DNA from: Vitreimonas sp.
Lineage (GTDB): Bacteria > Patescibacteriota > Microgenomatia > UBA1400 > PJMF01
Assembly: GCA_035627515.1 (NCBI GenBank)
Contig: DASPLQ010000012.1
Span: forward strand, 391,269 to 455,268
Direction: 5' to 3'
DNA: 64,000 nucleotides
A program made the position numbers and the translations under genes. The notes under the pieces are model-generated. The model saw nothing but the letters and a program-made list of their open reading frames with translations. It was not told the DNA's origin and did no database searches. Positions 48,601 to 56,230 of the stretch are shown in pieces. Position 1 is the stretch's first letter; each line of letters begins with the position of its first letter.

Positions 48601-49004
48601 TTTTCTGAAATGGATCCGAGGATTTGACTAGCTAATTGTTGGAGTTGGTGTTGCTTGCCAAACTGGTAGTTATATAAGCGCGAAATAAGGTCCGTGCAGA
48701 AAGCTGCCACGTCAGAGTAATACAGCGTCGTCCGATCAAAATTTGGACTGCGGCGACTGCGATGCGGTCGTTGAGGGAAAACTGAGCGTAACGTGCTGTT
48801 GCTATGGGTGTTGGCAAAGGGAACATTATGAAATTCTTTGTCAACATCTAAGCCAATGTCTTGGCGAAAAGCTTGGTTGAGTTCGGTTAAAAACGGCAGA
48901 ACTTGAGCCAAAGGAATATCGGAAGGAATTCGTTTGAGTTCGTCAAAACGCGTCAAAGTTTGAGCGTCCACGACAATTGGGGCAGGCATGACGGCGTCGA
49001 CCAT
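45576..49004 (-). CDS. giant membrane protein (1142 aa) with a polyglycine-rich TM region and a C-terminal M23 (LytM) metallopeptidase domain. Candidate T4SS-associated cell-wall hydrolase.
   Basis: The C-terminus HSHGKSDSFDIGANRGVPVYTPFAGTV...FGKYVVLDTGSERFVFAHLS...GEVGSTGGSAKVVITGPHLHYEV carries the M23 zinc-ligand motifs HxxxD and HxH. The Gly-rich hydrophobic block is GGGAGNILTNPFGSGAASGGGGGGILGSGGAGAAAGGGGFGVVGASVAGAGIIGV. Confidence 0.7.
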   Translation of the reverse strand: MVDAVMPAPIVVDAQTLTRFDELKRIPSDIPLAQVLPFLTELNQAFRQDIGLDVDKEFHNVPFANTHSNSTLRSVFPQRPHRSRRSPNFDRTTLYYSDVAAFCTDLISRLYNYQFGKQHQLQQLASQILGSISEKELLSLGQDPQSAERFNEAAFLTPVNLGRLSSALQVLATNLPAFVEAEQKLAQPQKEKDADEKLVTEDDLDDDQKPETKTTQEPQTEQKPEEITKNQLAKPLGAAEIAAEIAAGTMAPEEAAKQLARVKTTLQYGLLASMKAQLVNEGFDINTMPMADLESLVSGYVDIHLSRLQETNPADLEKLLTKNNMSGLVRELQHLHTYFNVSDVAIRYQLPQTTQPQTQFTEVTPAVGANIGQEPKSASYLKQKLAEAGLITLDASGNPNDLGKLRSTKARLEALAITGHSDDWIQFLSPKDFQTLFGFEIKPAELDQLRPELTTYYQQLFAEFDPKGEKGLAQFQHIFPAETQDSQQHTQWFHQAAARTQAPAKLLQTHITAEDLVNAYTLPAQKSGQEVPAHLLISYEIRYEIFTELHLNTVEVEQVGGNPGNGFVPHSVMNTIRTLGGGAQTSPGAAGAGEGGPATKGLSAVDKLRQYVMGGKPEGMAANDRLRAATDAVAAKALGTLASAYMTPVGGAAVERIAQKVLNNREKILMGLAAGATGLTTAFLMLMNKSPIIALTTGVGAGVGAFLGSVGGPFGALGGAIGGAGVGYGIGSFIQNGLNSISGAFSSLTGGGGAGNILTNPFGSGAASGGGGGGILGSGGAGAAAGGGGFGVVGASVAGAGIIGVTTFMTAAATVSTTLQPLPTTDSSGELSPYVTIEKRVSPKIKFENAELPATADYSITIKANKGYDLKIRNVVDVMTVKLNTETRGSDPTPTLPTRTTAELVPAERLVDGEIILNSGEEITLNPYSQTFDSAFRDSNVSNKVEILFSAQATPELLERGEENKSGENLNASGAEVICIGECPQNQNGCWPVDGRITQLPFGSHSHGKSDSFDIGANRGVPVYTPFAGTVKINSLGGGFGSFGKYVVLDTGSERFVFAHLSKIDSRLSNDKEIPAGHPIGEVGSTGGSAKVVITGPHLHYEVSNTSGQFYNTSSSRIRNFVPDKDVKLYDPVRTCYTEPVQ

Positions 49005-49060
49005 AGCCTACTATTATAACTCGAAAAGAGAGGGGCGCGGTCGGCAGTTAGATTTGGGTA

Positions 49061-50695
49061 TTATGCAGCGGCTGTATGGGCGTCGGAAGCTTGATAAAGA
49101 TCAACGATCGCATGGTCTTGACCGCTGAGCACTTGGCCTAAACCAACCGATAGTTTTGGTTGTGCGTTGTGTATGTTTTTTTTGTTTGATTGATCAACCT
49201 TTGTTTTAGACAAAGAACCCTTTTTGTCAGAGCTTGCTGAACTGTTCCATTGTTTATTAACCGATGTCCCAGGTACCCAACTACATACATGGCAAGAGGT
49301 ATCACTCAGACCGATCTTTGTGTTGCCACATTGTCGACAGCGTTTGACGGGACACAGCTCGCCGTTCGGCAAGCGTTCAAACAAGCCACTCGAGCCTTTG
49401 CCCATACCATGTTCTACAAAGCCACCAAAGTCAAAGTCGCCGCAGGGGATGACACCCATAATACGTTTGCCAATTGTGGGCAAAGCACCAGATAACGCGC
49501 GGTAGTAAGTATCAGCACTGCCGCCTTTCGTCAAAATATCGTATTTATCAGCTATTTCTTTACCAGGAACCGTCACTTGCCAACCGATGGCATTGCCGAT
49601 GGCGCCAAAGGCTTTTTGCAACCGTTCGGCTCTCCCAAAAGGGGTAGCCAGCAACTCTTTCACAAAAATAGCGAGGATGGCTTGGCGGGCAGTCAATAAA
49701 TCTTGGTTTTGTTTGGCTTGGCGATGGTCGGCTTTAGCGACGCGGGCAAATAACTCAGTATCACCAGCCAGCGCGCCCAACCCAAACAACACATCTCGAG
49801 GATCACTAGCTTTGAGATTATTTTTGCGATCTCGGCTCCAGTCTTCGCCTAAGGTCAGAATGCGCATCATAAACGCCATCTCATTCGTCGGAGAAAAATG
49901 ATCCGTTTGGTCTAAATTTAAAAATGTGTCTACCTGCGTTTGCCAATCTAAAGAATGTAGGTATCCCTTCGTTTCAATCACATAGCGCCAGCCGTCGTGC
50001 GAGTATTTATCTTTGACTGTTGATGGCACTGCAATTACCCGGTAAATATTTAAAAACGAGTCTTTGCCACCGTGAACCTGGTGGGGGGGCATTGCTAAGG
50101 CGTGCCAGTTACCCACCACCCCGGTGGTTTTCTGACCATCTGGCAAAGTCATATCGATGACGGGTAAGTTTTCAGCCAGGCTAGCCAATAGCGGCGGCGC
50201 TAACACTGGATCCGTGGGCAGCACTTCTGCAATGAGTTTTTTGATCTGCTCATACTCCAATCTATATCGCTCGATAGTTGAGTCAGGTGCGCCAATCTTG
50301 ATCGCATTTTCCCAACCGTATTTAGCACGACCAACTACATCTGGGCGCAGTGGATAATCAGGATCTTCCACGGTGAAGCTCCCGGCAGCATCCCAGATCA
50401 CATCATAGTAATCGGTGATCGTAAAAGGATGAACGATAAATTCTTGATGGAACGTCCGCAGTTGTTTTTCCAGTTGGGGACCCAGCGCCACTTTGGCAGC
50501 CTCAACTCCGTGTTTCTTCACCAATGTCTCGAACTCATCAAAGAGATGGGACATGTTGAAGGCTTGCTGAGAGGACTTTTCAGCTGATTTTTGGGATTTG
50601 CTCTCTTTGGAATTTGGAATTTTCCGCGACAAATCAGGCCGTTTCCACAACCACGGTTTAAACCAACGACTCGTTTCTTTGCGTAAAGCTCCCAT
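49061..50695 (-). CDS. hypothetical protein (544 aa; possibly 497 aa from MSHLFDE) with a C-terminal CxxC...CxxC zinc ribbon
   Basis: CPVKRCRQCGNTKIGLSDTSCHVCSW. No other family recognised. It contains a G7 tract at 50083-50089. Confidence 0.45.
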   Translation of the reverse strand: MGALRKETSRWFKPWLWKRPDLSRKIPNSKESKSQKSAEKSSQQAFNMSHLFDEFETLVKKHGVEAAKVALGPQLEKQLRTFHQEFIVHPFTITDYYDVIWDAAGSFTVEDPDYPLRPDVVGRAKYGWENAIKIGAPDSTIERYRLEYEQIKKLIAEVLPTDPVLAPPLLASLAENLPVIDMTLPDGQKTTGVVGNWHALAMPPHQVHGGKDSFLNIYRVIAVPSTVKDKYSHDGWRYVIETKGYLHSLDWQTQVDTFLNLDQTDHFSPTNEMAFMMRILTLGEDWSRDRKNNLKASDPRDVLFGLGALAGDTELFARVAKADHRQAKQNQDLLTARQAILAIFVKELLATPFGRAERLQKAFGAIGNAIGWQVTVPGKEIADKYDILTKGGSADTYYRALSGALPTIGKRIMGVIPCGDFDFGGFVEHGMGKGSSGLFERLPNGELCPVKRCRQCGNTKIGLSDTSCHVCSWVPGTSVNKQWNSSASSDKKGSLSKTKVDQSNKKNIHNAQPKLSVGLGQVLSGQDHAIVDLYQASDAHTAAA

Positions 50696-50723
50696 ATGCT
50701 CGTCGGTGCGAGCACTGGACGGT

Positions 50724-50845
50724 AAAATAAAAAAGGTCCGATGCTCGCGGTACTCCCAGCGCTAGTGTGTGAACACGAGACAGGCTGGGCCTCCTTGAAG
50801 ATCGGACTTACTGGTAGGTGGCACTCACTCAACACGAGCCCATTT
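50724..50845 (-). ncRNA. candidate structured leader or small RNA ending in an intrinsic terminator. It has a weak resemblance to the SRP RNA apical region.
   Basis: The minus-strand RNA is GGGCUCGUGUUGAGUGAGUGCCACCUACCAGUAAGUCCGAUCUUCAAGGAGGCCCAGCC...GCUGGGAGUACCGCGAGCAUCGGACCUUUUUUAUUUU. Nested complementary segments are GUCCGAU/AUCGGAC and CCCAGC/GCUGGG. The T-run ends about 25 nt before the ATG at 50695. Confidence 0.3.
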
Positions 50846-50925
50846 TTTCTACCAGATCACCGTTGCGGCACAGTTCCGGGTTTTCACCGGATTCCACAAG
50901 TAGGATTTGTCGGATACACTCATAG

Positions 50926-53900
50926 TTGTATCACTATAGTAGTAATAACACACCCTTGCGTAAAAGGCCAGTGGATCACTACAATGGATTTATTATGGCT
51001 GAAACTGCATTAATGATTACTGGTCAAGTTGTTGAAAATAAAGATAAAAAACGCTTTGAAATACCTAAATGGAGTGATCTTTTACAAAGAAAGGGAATTC
51101 TGGGTTCAGTAGCACGGTTAACAGAAAAAGTCAGAACTTTCTTTTCTCGAGAACGCAAAGACAAAGAACTGCCCAAAGCTACTCCCACAACTGAAGCTCG
51201 AGCAAAGTTAAATAATGCTGGCTACTGGGCAATTTTGGTAGAAGCACAAAAAGCTCGTAATGAAGACAAACCTGTCACTAAAGACCTTCCTATTTTAGAT
51301 GGTCAAAATCCAAATCCTGATTTAGTGGCCGCTCATATCATTCAACAAATTTGTGAGGCAGCTTATAAAGGTAATAATATAAATTTCGAAGACACCTTTG
51401 CGGCACAAACAATTAAAGAGTATTTAACAGCCAATAATAAAACAATCTACGAATATTTAGCTGAAAATGGTTATCCAATTACTAAGCTTGCGGATACTAT
51501 TGCGGCTTTGGCTAGCGAAGCAGCTGGAAATGAAGTTCCGGAAAACCAACAAGAAACTACAACCCCTGCTCCGGAGGTAATTGATGCTAATGTGGCTGCC
51601 GAGCGCGAAAAGTTTAAAGCTAAAATCTTTAATAACACACCTACACCAACTTCATATTGGAACTTGTTCAAGCGAGCCCACAACACACATCTCATAGGCA
51701 AAATTGACTGGGTTTATACCCCAGCTATTAACACAGACAACCCCGACATGGCTGATGTAGCAGCACGGTTAATTTTAGCTAAGTTAACAAACAATGATGC
51801 TCTGAAGAAGACTGCTTATGATGAATTAGCAAACTATTTGAAATTTACCGTTAACAAAGATAAAACAGTTCAAGAAAGAGCTCAAATCACCATTTCTGAT
51901 ACTGACATCGACGCCTTTATCGAACAAGGTGGTTATAAAGATGAGCTTATTAACCAAATCGTCGAGCAAGTTAAAAAAGAGGCTGAGGTTAAATCTGAAC
52001 AAATTCGCTTCAAGATTGAAAACTCTTCACATTGGCCAAAAATTCAAGCCAATATTGATACCAACAAACCACTCAATGAGGGTTTGGCTATGGATGCAGA
52101 TCCTACTGCGACGTCACTCGATGACGCAGTCGTGATGGCCATGAGTTACATCGAGGGTAGTAATCCCAGTTATGGCACGATCAAAGAGGGGTTGAAGTTG
52201 CATGACATGGATGATGAAGCGACATTGCGTCGTCTAGCAGCGGAGTGGAAGAAAGAGCGTCAAGAAAAATACATCAAAGCCAGATTAGAAGTTGCTCGCG
52301 CTCGGTTAAGTGACTTGGGTTACTGGAAATTAATTGATCAACGCAGAGCTTTTAAGACTCCAAGTGAGGAACAAAAGAATTCCGACGAATACAAAGCATA
52401 TGCCAAAGAACTTCAGGATTTGAAAACAGCGTTCGCAGAAAAGAAAGCCACTCCTGAGCAAGTCTTAATTTTAGTCTTGTTAGGCGAAGTCCCCTATCGC
52501 AAACGCGAAGTGAAACAAGCCTTGGATGCCGCTGATTATCCTGAGGATGTCATCATCTTGTTGGGTAAAGAAGCTGGAGTGACGATTGATCGCCAACCTC
52601 TGTGGAAAGCCGCCATTAATGGTACTTCAGTTGAAGACTTAGCTGATAAATATGGTATGGATCCTGAGGAAGTAAGAAGGCATTTACGGAGTAAGGTACC
52701 TGCTAACGGTTTGTTGATGTTTGGTGGCAGTTTGGCCTTCAGAGCTGGTTTGACTGGAGCGGCTGGTCTTAATCCTTTGGTGTCTGGAGCTGCCGCTGGA
52801 ATAGCAGTTGATGCTTATCGCGTTGCAGCTGGTGGAGCAGATGTTTTCTTCGATAATGCAGCTCAAAATACCAGTGCAGCTTTATTTGGTGGTAAGGATG
52901 AATCGTTAACTGAGCGCATTCGTAATGAGCGCCGATCGGGCATTGGTGGTGCAGCGATGTGGGCACTACGCAAGCTTGGTATTTTATTCAACGCCCCAGG
53001 TAGTGCTTTGACTCAGGTGGTAATTGGTGTAACACGCCACCGAGCTGAAGCTTCAAACTTAATAGATAAGATGGGCATTTCAGTTGATCAACAAACAAAA
53101 GATATTGACTCAATTCAATTAGAAACCATTGTTAAAGAAGCCATTAATAGCGGCAATTTCCGTCAGGTGCAAAAGCTGGCTAATGAACTTGCTACTTTGG
53201 CCCGCTATCAATATGGAGCATCAGACGTTTATGGTGAGACAGGCAGTCGGCCGAACAAAGAAGCTAATGGTCTTTTAGATCGGTTTAGACATTATGTGAA
53301 CCCTGAGCATGGTGCAGAGCAATTAGCCCAGCTTCATGAAAAATTAGTTGCCACAGTGGACAAACTTCTGGATGAAAGTCCCAAAATTCAGACGATGCGC
53401 GAACATCGAGCAGCCAACACACTGACTGCAGAAGATATGCCACGCTTGGCTTTAGAAAATGAGTGGAAACGCACTAAAGATCGTGCCAAGACTATAGGTG
53501 TGTTAGCCTTGGGAACCGCAGTTGTCTTCAGAACAGTCACCAACGTAGCTAGTGGAATGGCATTTGTAGAAGCTGGTAAAGTTGCAGTAGATTTAGGTCG
53601 TGATGTGGTTCGAGGTATTGGCTATGTGGCAGAGCGAGGCATTGATGCTTTGCGAGGTCGTAATGAAGCTGAAGCCTTCAATCCCGCTTTAGATGGTATG
53701 AGAGTCCAAACCGGTGTTCGCCAAGGCGTGGAAGCAGCTCGTAACCAACCACCAGCCCCTGGTAGTTGGGCCGCTGCGCGTGAAATTTTGAATAATGCTC
53801 GTCCAGGTCGCAGCATAATCGAGGACGCAAACATCAAACCTGATGGCGGCATGTTGTGGACACACTATCAAAATATGGGGCTTCCCGGCCGAGGTGTGAA

Positions 53901-54234
53901 TGTGGCCAATGATGTTACTCAAGCAGTTAACAAAGTTATTAACCCTGACTGGAGTGCAAATGCAATTGGCCCACGTCAAACCTTTGATTTCTTAAACCGT
54001 GTACCATCTTCACAAGAACTGCAAGGTATGTCTGGTCAATTCTTATTGAAGCCTGAACAAGCCCAACGCTTAAGTGAAGCTGTCCAAAACTATAATAACT
54101 ATAGTGGTGAAACCAGGACTTTATTGGAAGGTTTATATAAAGGGACCGTGGACACCGACAACTTAGTTAATAACCCAGATGACTTGCAAAAGTTATTAAG
54201 AATCGCAGTAGAAACCAATGGCGCTCAAGTTTAA
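50926..54234 (+). CDS. giant hypothetical protein (1102 aa; alternative start MAETAL at 50995)
   Basis: An uninterrupted 3.3-kb ORF. It has internal Gly/Ala-rich hydrophobic segments (LLMFGGSLAFRAGLTGAAGLNPLVSGAAAGIAV and IGVLALGTAVVF). No known domain recognised. Confidence 0.5.
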   Translation: MYHYSSNNTPLRKRPVDHYNGFIMAETALMITGQVVENKDKKRFEIPKWSDLLQRKGILGSVARLTEKVRTFFSRERKDKELPKATPTTEARAKLNNAGYWAILVEAQKARNEDKPVTKDLPILDGQNPNPDLVAAHIIQQICEAAYKGNNINFEDTFAAQTIKEYLTANNKTIYEYLAENGYPITKLADTIAALASEAAGNEVPENQQETTTPAPEVIDANVAAEREKFKAKIFNNTPTPTSYWNLFKRAHNTHLIGKIDWVYTPAINTDNPDMADVAARLILAKLTNNDALKKTAYDELANYLKFTVNKDKTVQERAQITISDTDIDAFIEQGGYKDELINQIVEQVKKEAEVKSEQIRFKIENSSHWPKIQANIDTNKPLNEGLAMDADPTATSLDDAVVMAMSYIEGSNPSYGTIKEGLKLHDMDDEATLRRLAAEWKKERQEKYIKARLEVARARLSDLGYWKLIDQRRAFKTPSEEQKNSDEYKAYAKELQDLKTAFAEKKATPEQVLILVLLGEVPYRKREVKQALDAADYPEDVIILLGKEAGVTIDRQPLWKAAINGTSVEDLADKYGMDPEEVRRHLRSKVPANGLLMFGGSLAFRAGLTGAAGLNPLVSGAAAGIAVDAYRVAAGGADVFFDNAAQNTSAALFGGKDESLTERIRNERRSGIGGAAMWALRKLGILFNAPGSALTQVVIGVTRHRAEASNLIDKMGISVDQQTKDIDSIQLETIVKEAINSGNFRQVQKLANELATLARYQYGASDVYGETGSRPNKEANGLLDRFRHYVNPEHGAEQLAQLHEKLVATVDKLLDESPKIQTMREHRAANTLTAEDMPRLALENEWKRTKDRAKTIGVLALGTAVVFRTVTNVASGMAFVEAGKVAVDLGRDVVRGIGYVAERGIDALRGRNEAEAFNPALDGMRVQTGVRQGVEAARNQPPAPGSWAAAREILNNARPGRSIIEDANIKPDGGMLWTHYQNMGLPGRGVNVANDVTQAVNKVINPDWSANAIGPRQTFDFLNRVPSSQELQGMSGQFLLKPEQAQRLSEAVQNYNNYSGETRTLLEGLYKGTVDTDNLVNNPDDLQKLLRIAVETNGAQV

Positions 54235-54245
54235 GGAGTTAATAC

Positions 54246-54683
54246 ATGTCTACACCTGTCTCTGATCAGTTACTCAAAGTGAATATTAAAACTATTTATG
54301 GTCCAGATCTCAGCAATGAAGGTTTCGAAGTCAATCTGGAAAACATGACAGAAATTAACTTCATGGATTTCCTCGATGAAGAAACTGATGCTCTCAATGA
54401 AGAGCAAATGCAAACTTTGTCAGATCTGTTCTCTCGTGAAGATGCCAAACCTGAGGATTTAGCGCGCATTTTTCGTCTCGCCATCCCAGATTTAGATAAC
54501 AAGTTCAAAACCAAGATGCTTGCTGTCAAAGAAGAACTCATTCGGGCTCGTATCGAGCAACTGGCCGACGAGCTCAAAGAGCCAGAGTTTGCTACCAAAA
54601 TTACAGCCGCTCGCCAGGCTGCAGATGTAGGTCAGTGGTCACAAGTTGAGCAAATTATTGCTGAGTTGAATCAAGAGTTGTAG
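54246..54683 (+). CDS. small acidic protein (145 aa)
   Basis: Starts 12 nt after the giant ORF. Highly acidic and helical (EETDALNEEQMQTLSDLF...). Shaped like a chaperone or immunity protein, but unsupported. Confidence 0.45.
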   Translation: MSTPVSDQLLKVNIKTIYGPDLSNEGFEVNLENMTEINFMDFLDEETDALNEEQMQTLSDLFSREDAKPEDLARIFRLAIPDLDNKFKTKMLAVKEELIRARIEQLADELKEPEFATKITAARQAADVGQWSQVEQIIAELNQEL

Positions 54684-54746
54684 GTTTTCTTACCAACAAA
54701 AAATTCAAAGTTAATCTCAAAAGAATAGTTTTCAAACCTGTCAGTT

Positions 54747-56201
54747 CTAAGCTGCAGCTGGTTGAGGCTGAAGGGGTTGTTGCTGCTGCTGAGCCAACTC
54801 TGCTTGTTGTGCAGCTACATCACGTTGCTGACGAGTTAACTCTTGTTGCTGATGGCGACGTTTTTCTTCTTCATCCATGTAGCGGTCATACCCTAAGAAC
54901 CATTCGCGATTACGGGGTCCATATCCACCATGCATACCATTCATATATGACATGCCTCGAGGATCGCCTTTGAAAGCTAGGTACTGGTAGTAAACTTGTT
55001 CGCCAGTATGAGAAATTTCTACTAGGCTACTTAACAAAGATTGTTGACCCGACATCTTAGCAATCATCGAATCACTCATTAAAAAGAGGAGAGCCATACA
55101 ACCAAATAAGGTGGCTTTACCTTTGAGAATATTACCATCTTGGTCACGAAGACCTAAGAAGTTTAAAACATCAAAGCCAGTTTCTTGATCAGTTTCCACT
55201 TTTAAATCAGGCTGCTTGTTTAACTCCACCGCCATTTGTTCACCTTTTTTAGTCGGATCAAAATCTTCGATGCCTAGGGCCTTTGCTTGCTCCATCAGGC
55301 GAGCTACTGCTTGAGAGTCTTCAGGATTAGTTTTTTCTGCTAATTCCTGTAACCACAGCTTGCCTTGCATCTGAGCTTCTTGTTTGGTTTTGTCTGAAAT
55401 AGCAGGGTCACTAAATGTCTCGACTGCAAATGAGACACCTTTTCTGCGTGAATCCATGAAAGCCTCGAGCTTAATGGTTTCAAGTTCTTGTTGGTAGGCA
55501 GCAAAGGCTTCTGGGTTTTGGGTTTTAAGTTGAGCCACTTGTTCAGGAGGTAATAAATTGGGAGCATCGTGATATTGAGCATGATATTCACGAACCGCTT
55601 TTTGAATATTTTCCGTACCCATGTTAGCAACGTTAGTTTGGAACGCTTCGATAGCGCCTTTTTGTTTGACACGATCTTGATAGATTTCATCAACTACAGC
55701 TTTCACAACGTCATTATTGGGGAATTTTTCAGCAATGGCACCCAAATTTCCGTCCTGATCGGCATAGGCAATGATGGTTTTGCGGAGATCATCAGGACCA
55801 GCATTTGCGACTACTTTTTCTCCTAACCGAGTCATTAAATTTTGTTGTTTATCTTGTTTGTCGAGGAACTCAGCATATTGATCAGCTCGCTCTTTGCCAG
55901 ACTTAGGATCAACGATTTGCCCCTGTGTTTCTTGCAAAGGAGCTGGTGTTTGAAGGGCGGCATCAATAGCTTTGTCGATATTGGGATTGGCACTGGGTTC
56001 GGTGGCACGATCCGCACTGGGCTGAGGAGGGCGCAGCAGAGAACGATGGTCAGCCAGGGGAATTGCTCCTACTGTTTTCAAAATGGGGACTTCTGCAGCT
56101 TTATTTTCTTGAGGTTTAAGAGGTAGAGTGCCGATAGGACTTAAGCCATCGGGCTGGCTATTAGGGTTCATTGTAGATATTTGGGGATTTTCAGTAATCA
56201 T
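54747..56201 (-). CDS. hypothetical protein (484 aa) with a Gln-rich C-terminal tail
   Basis: Long ORF with a possible TM (LFGCMALLFLMSDSMIA). The tail is RRHQQQELTRQQRDVAAQQAELAQQQQQPLQPQPAAA. Confidence 0.45.
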   Translation of the reverse strand: MITENPQISTMNPNSQPDGLSPIGTLPLKPQENKAAEVPILKTVGAIPLADHRSLLRPPQPSADRATEPSANPNIDKAIDAALQTPAPLQETQGQIVDPKSGKERADQYAEFLDKQDKQQNLMTRLGEKVVANAGPDDLRKTIIAYADQDGNLGAIAEKFPNNDVVKAVVDEIYQDRVKQKGAIEAFQTNVANMGTENIQKAVREYHAQYHDAPNLLPPEQVAQLKTQNPEAFAAYQQELETIKLEAFMDSRRKGVSFAVETFSDPAISDKTKQEAQMQGKLWLQELAEKTNPEDSQAVARLMEQAKALGIEDFDPTKKGEQMAVELNKQPDLKVETDQETGFDVLNFLGLRDQDGNILKGKATLFGCMALLFLMSDSMIAKMSGQQSLLSSLVEISHTGEQVYYQYLAFKGDPRGMSYMNGMHGGYGPRNREWFLGYDRYMDEEEKRRHQQQELTRQQRDVAAQQAELAQQQQQPLQPQPAAA

Positions 56202-56230
56202 TATAGTGTCACTCTACACTACTTCTCGAC

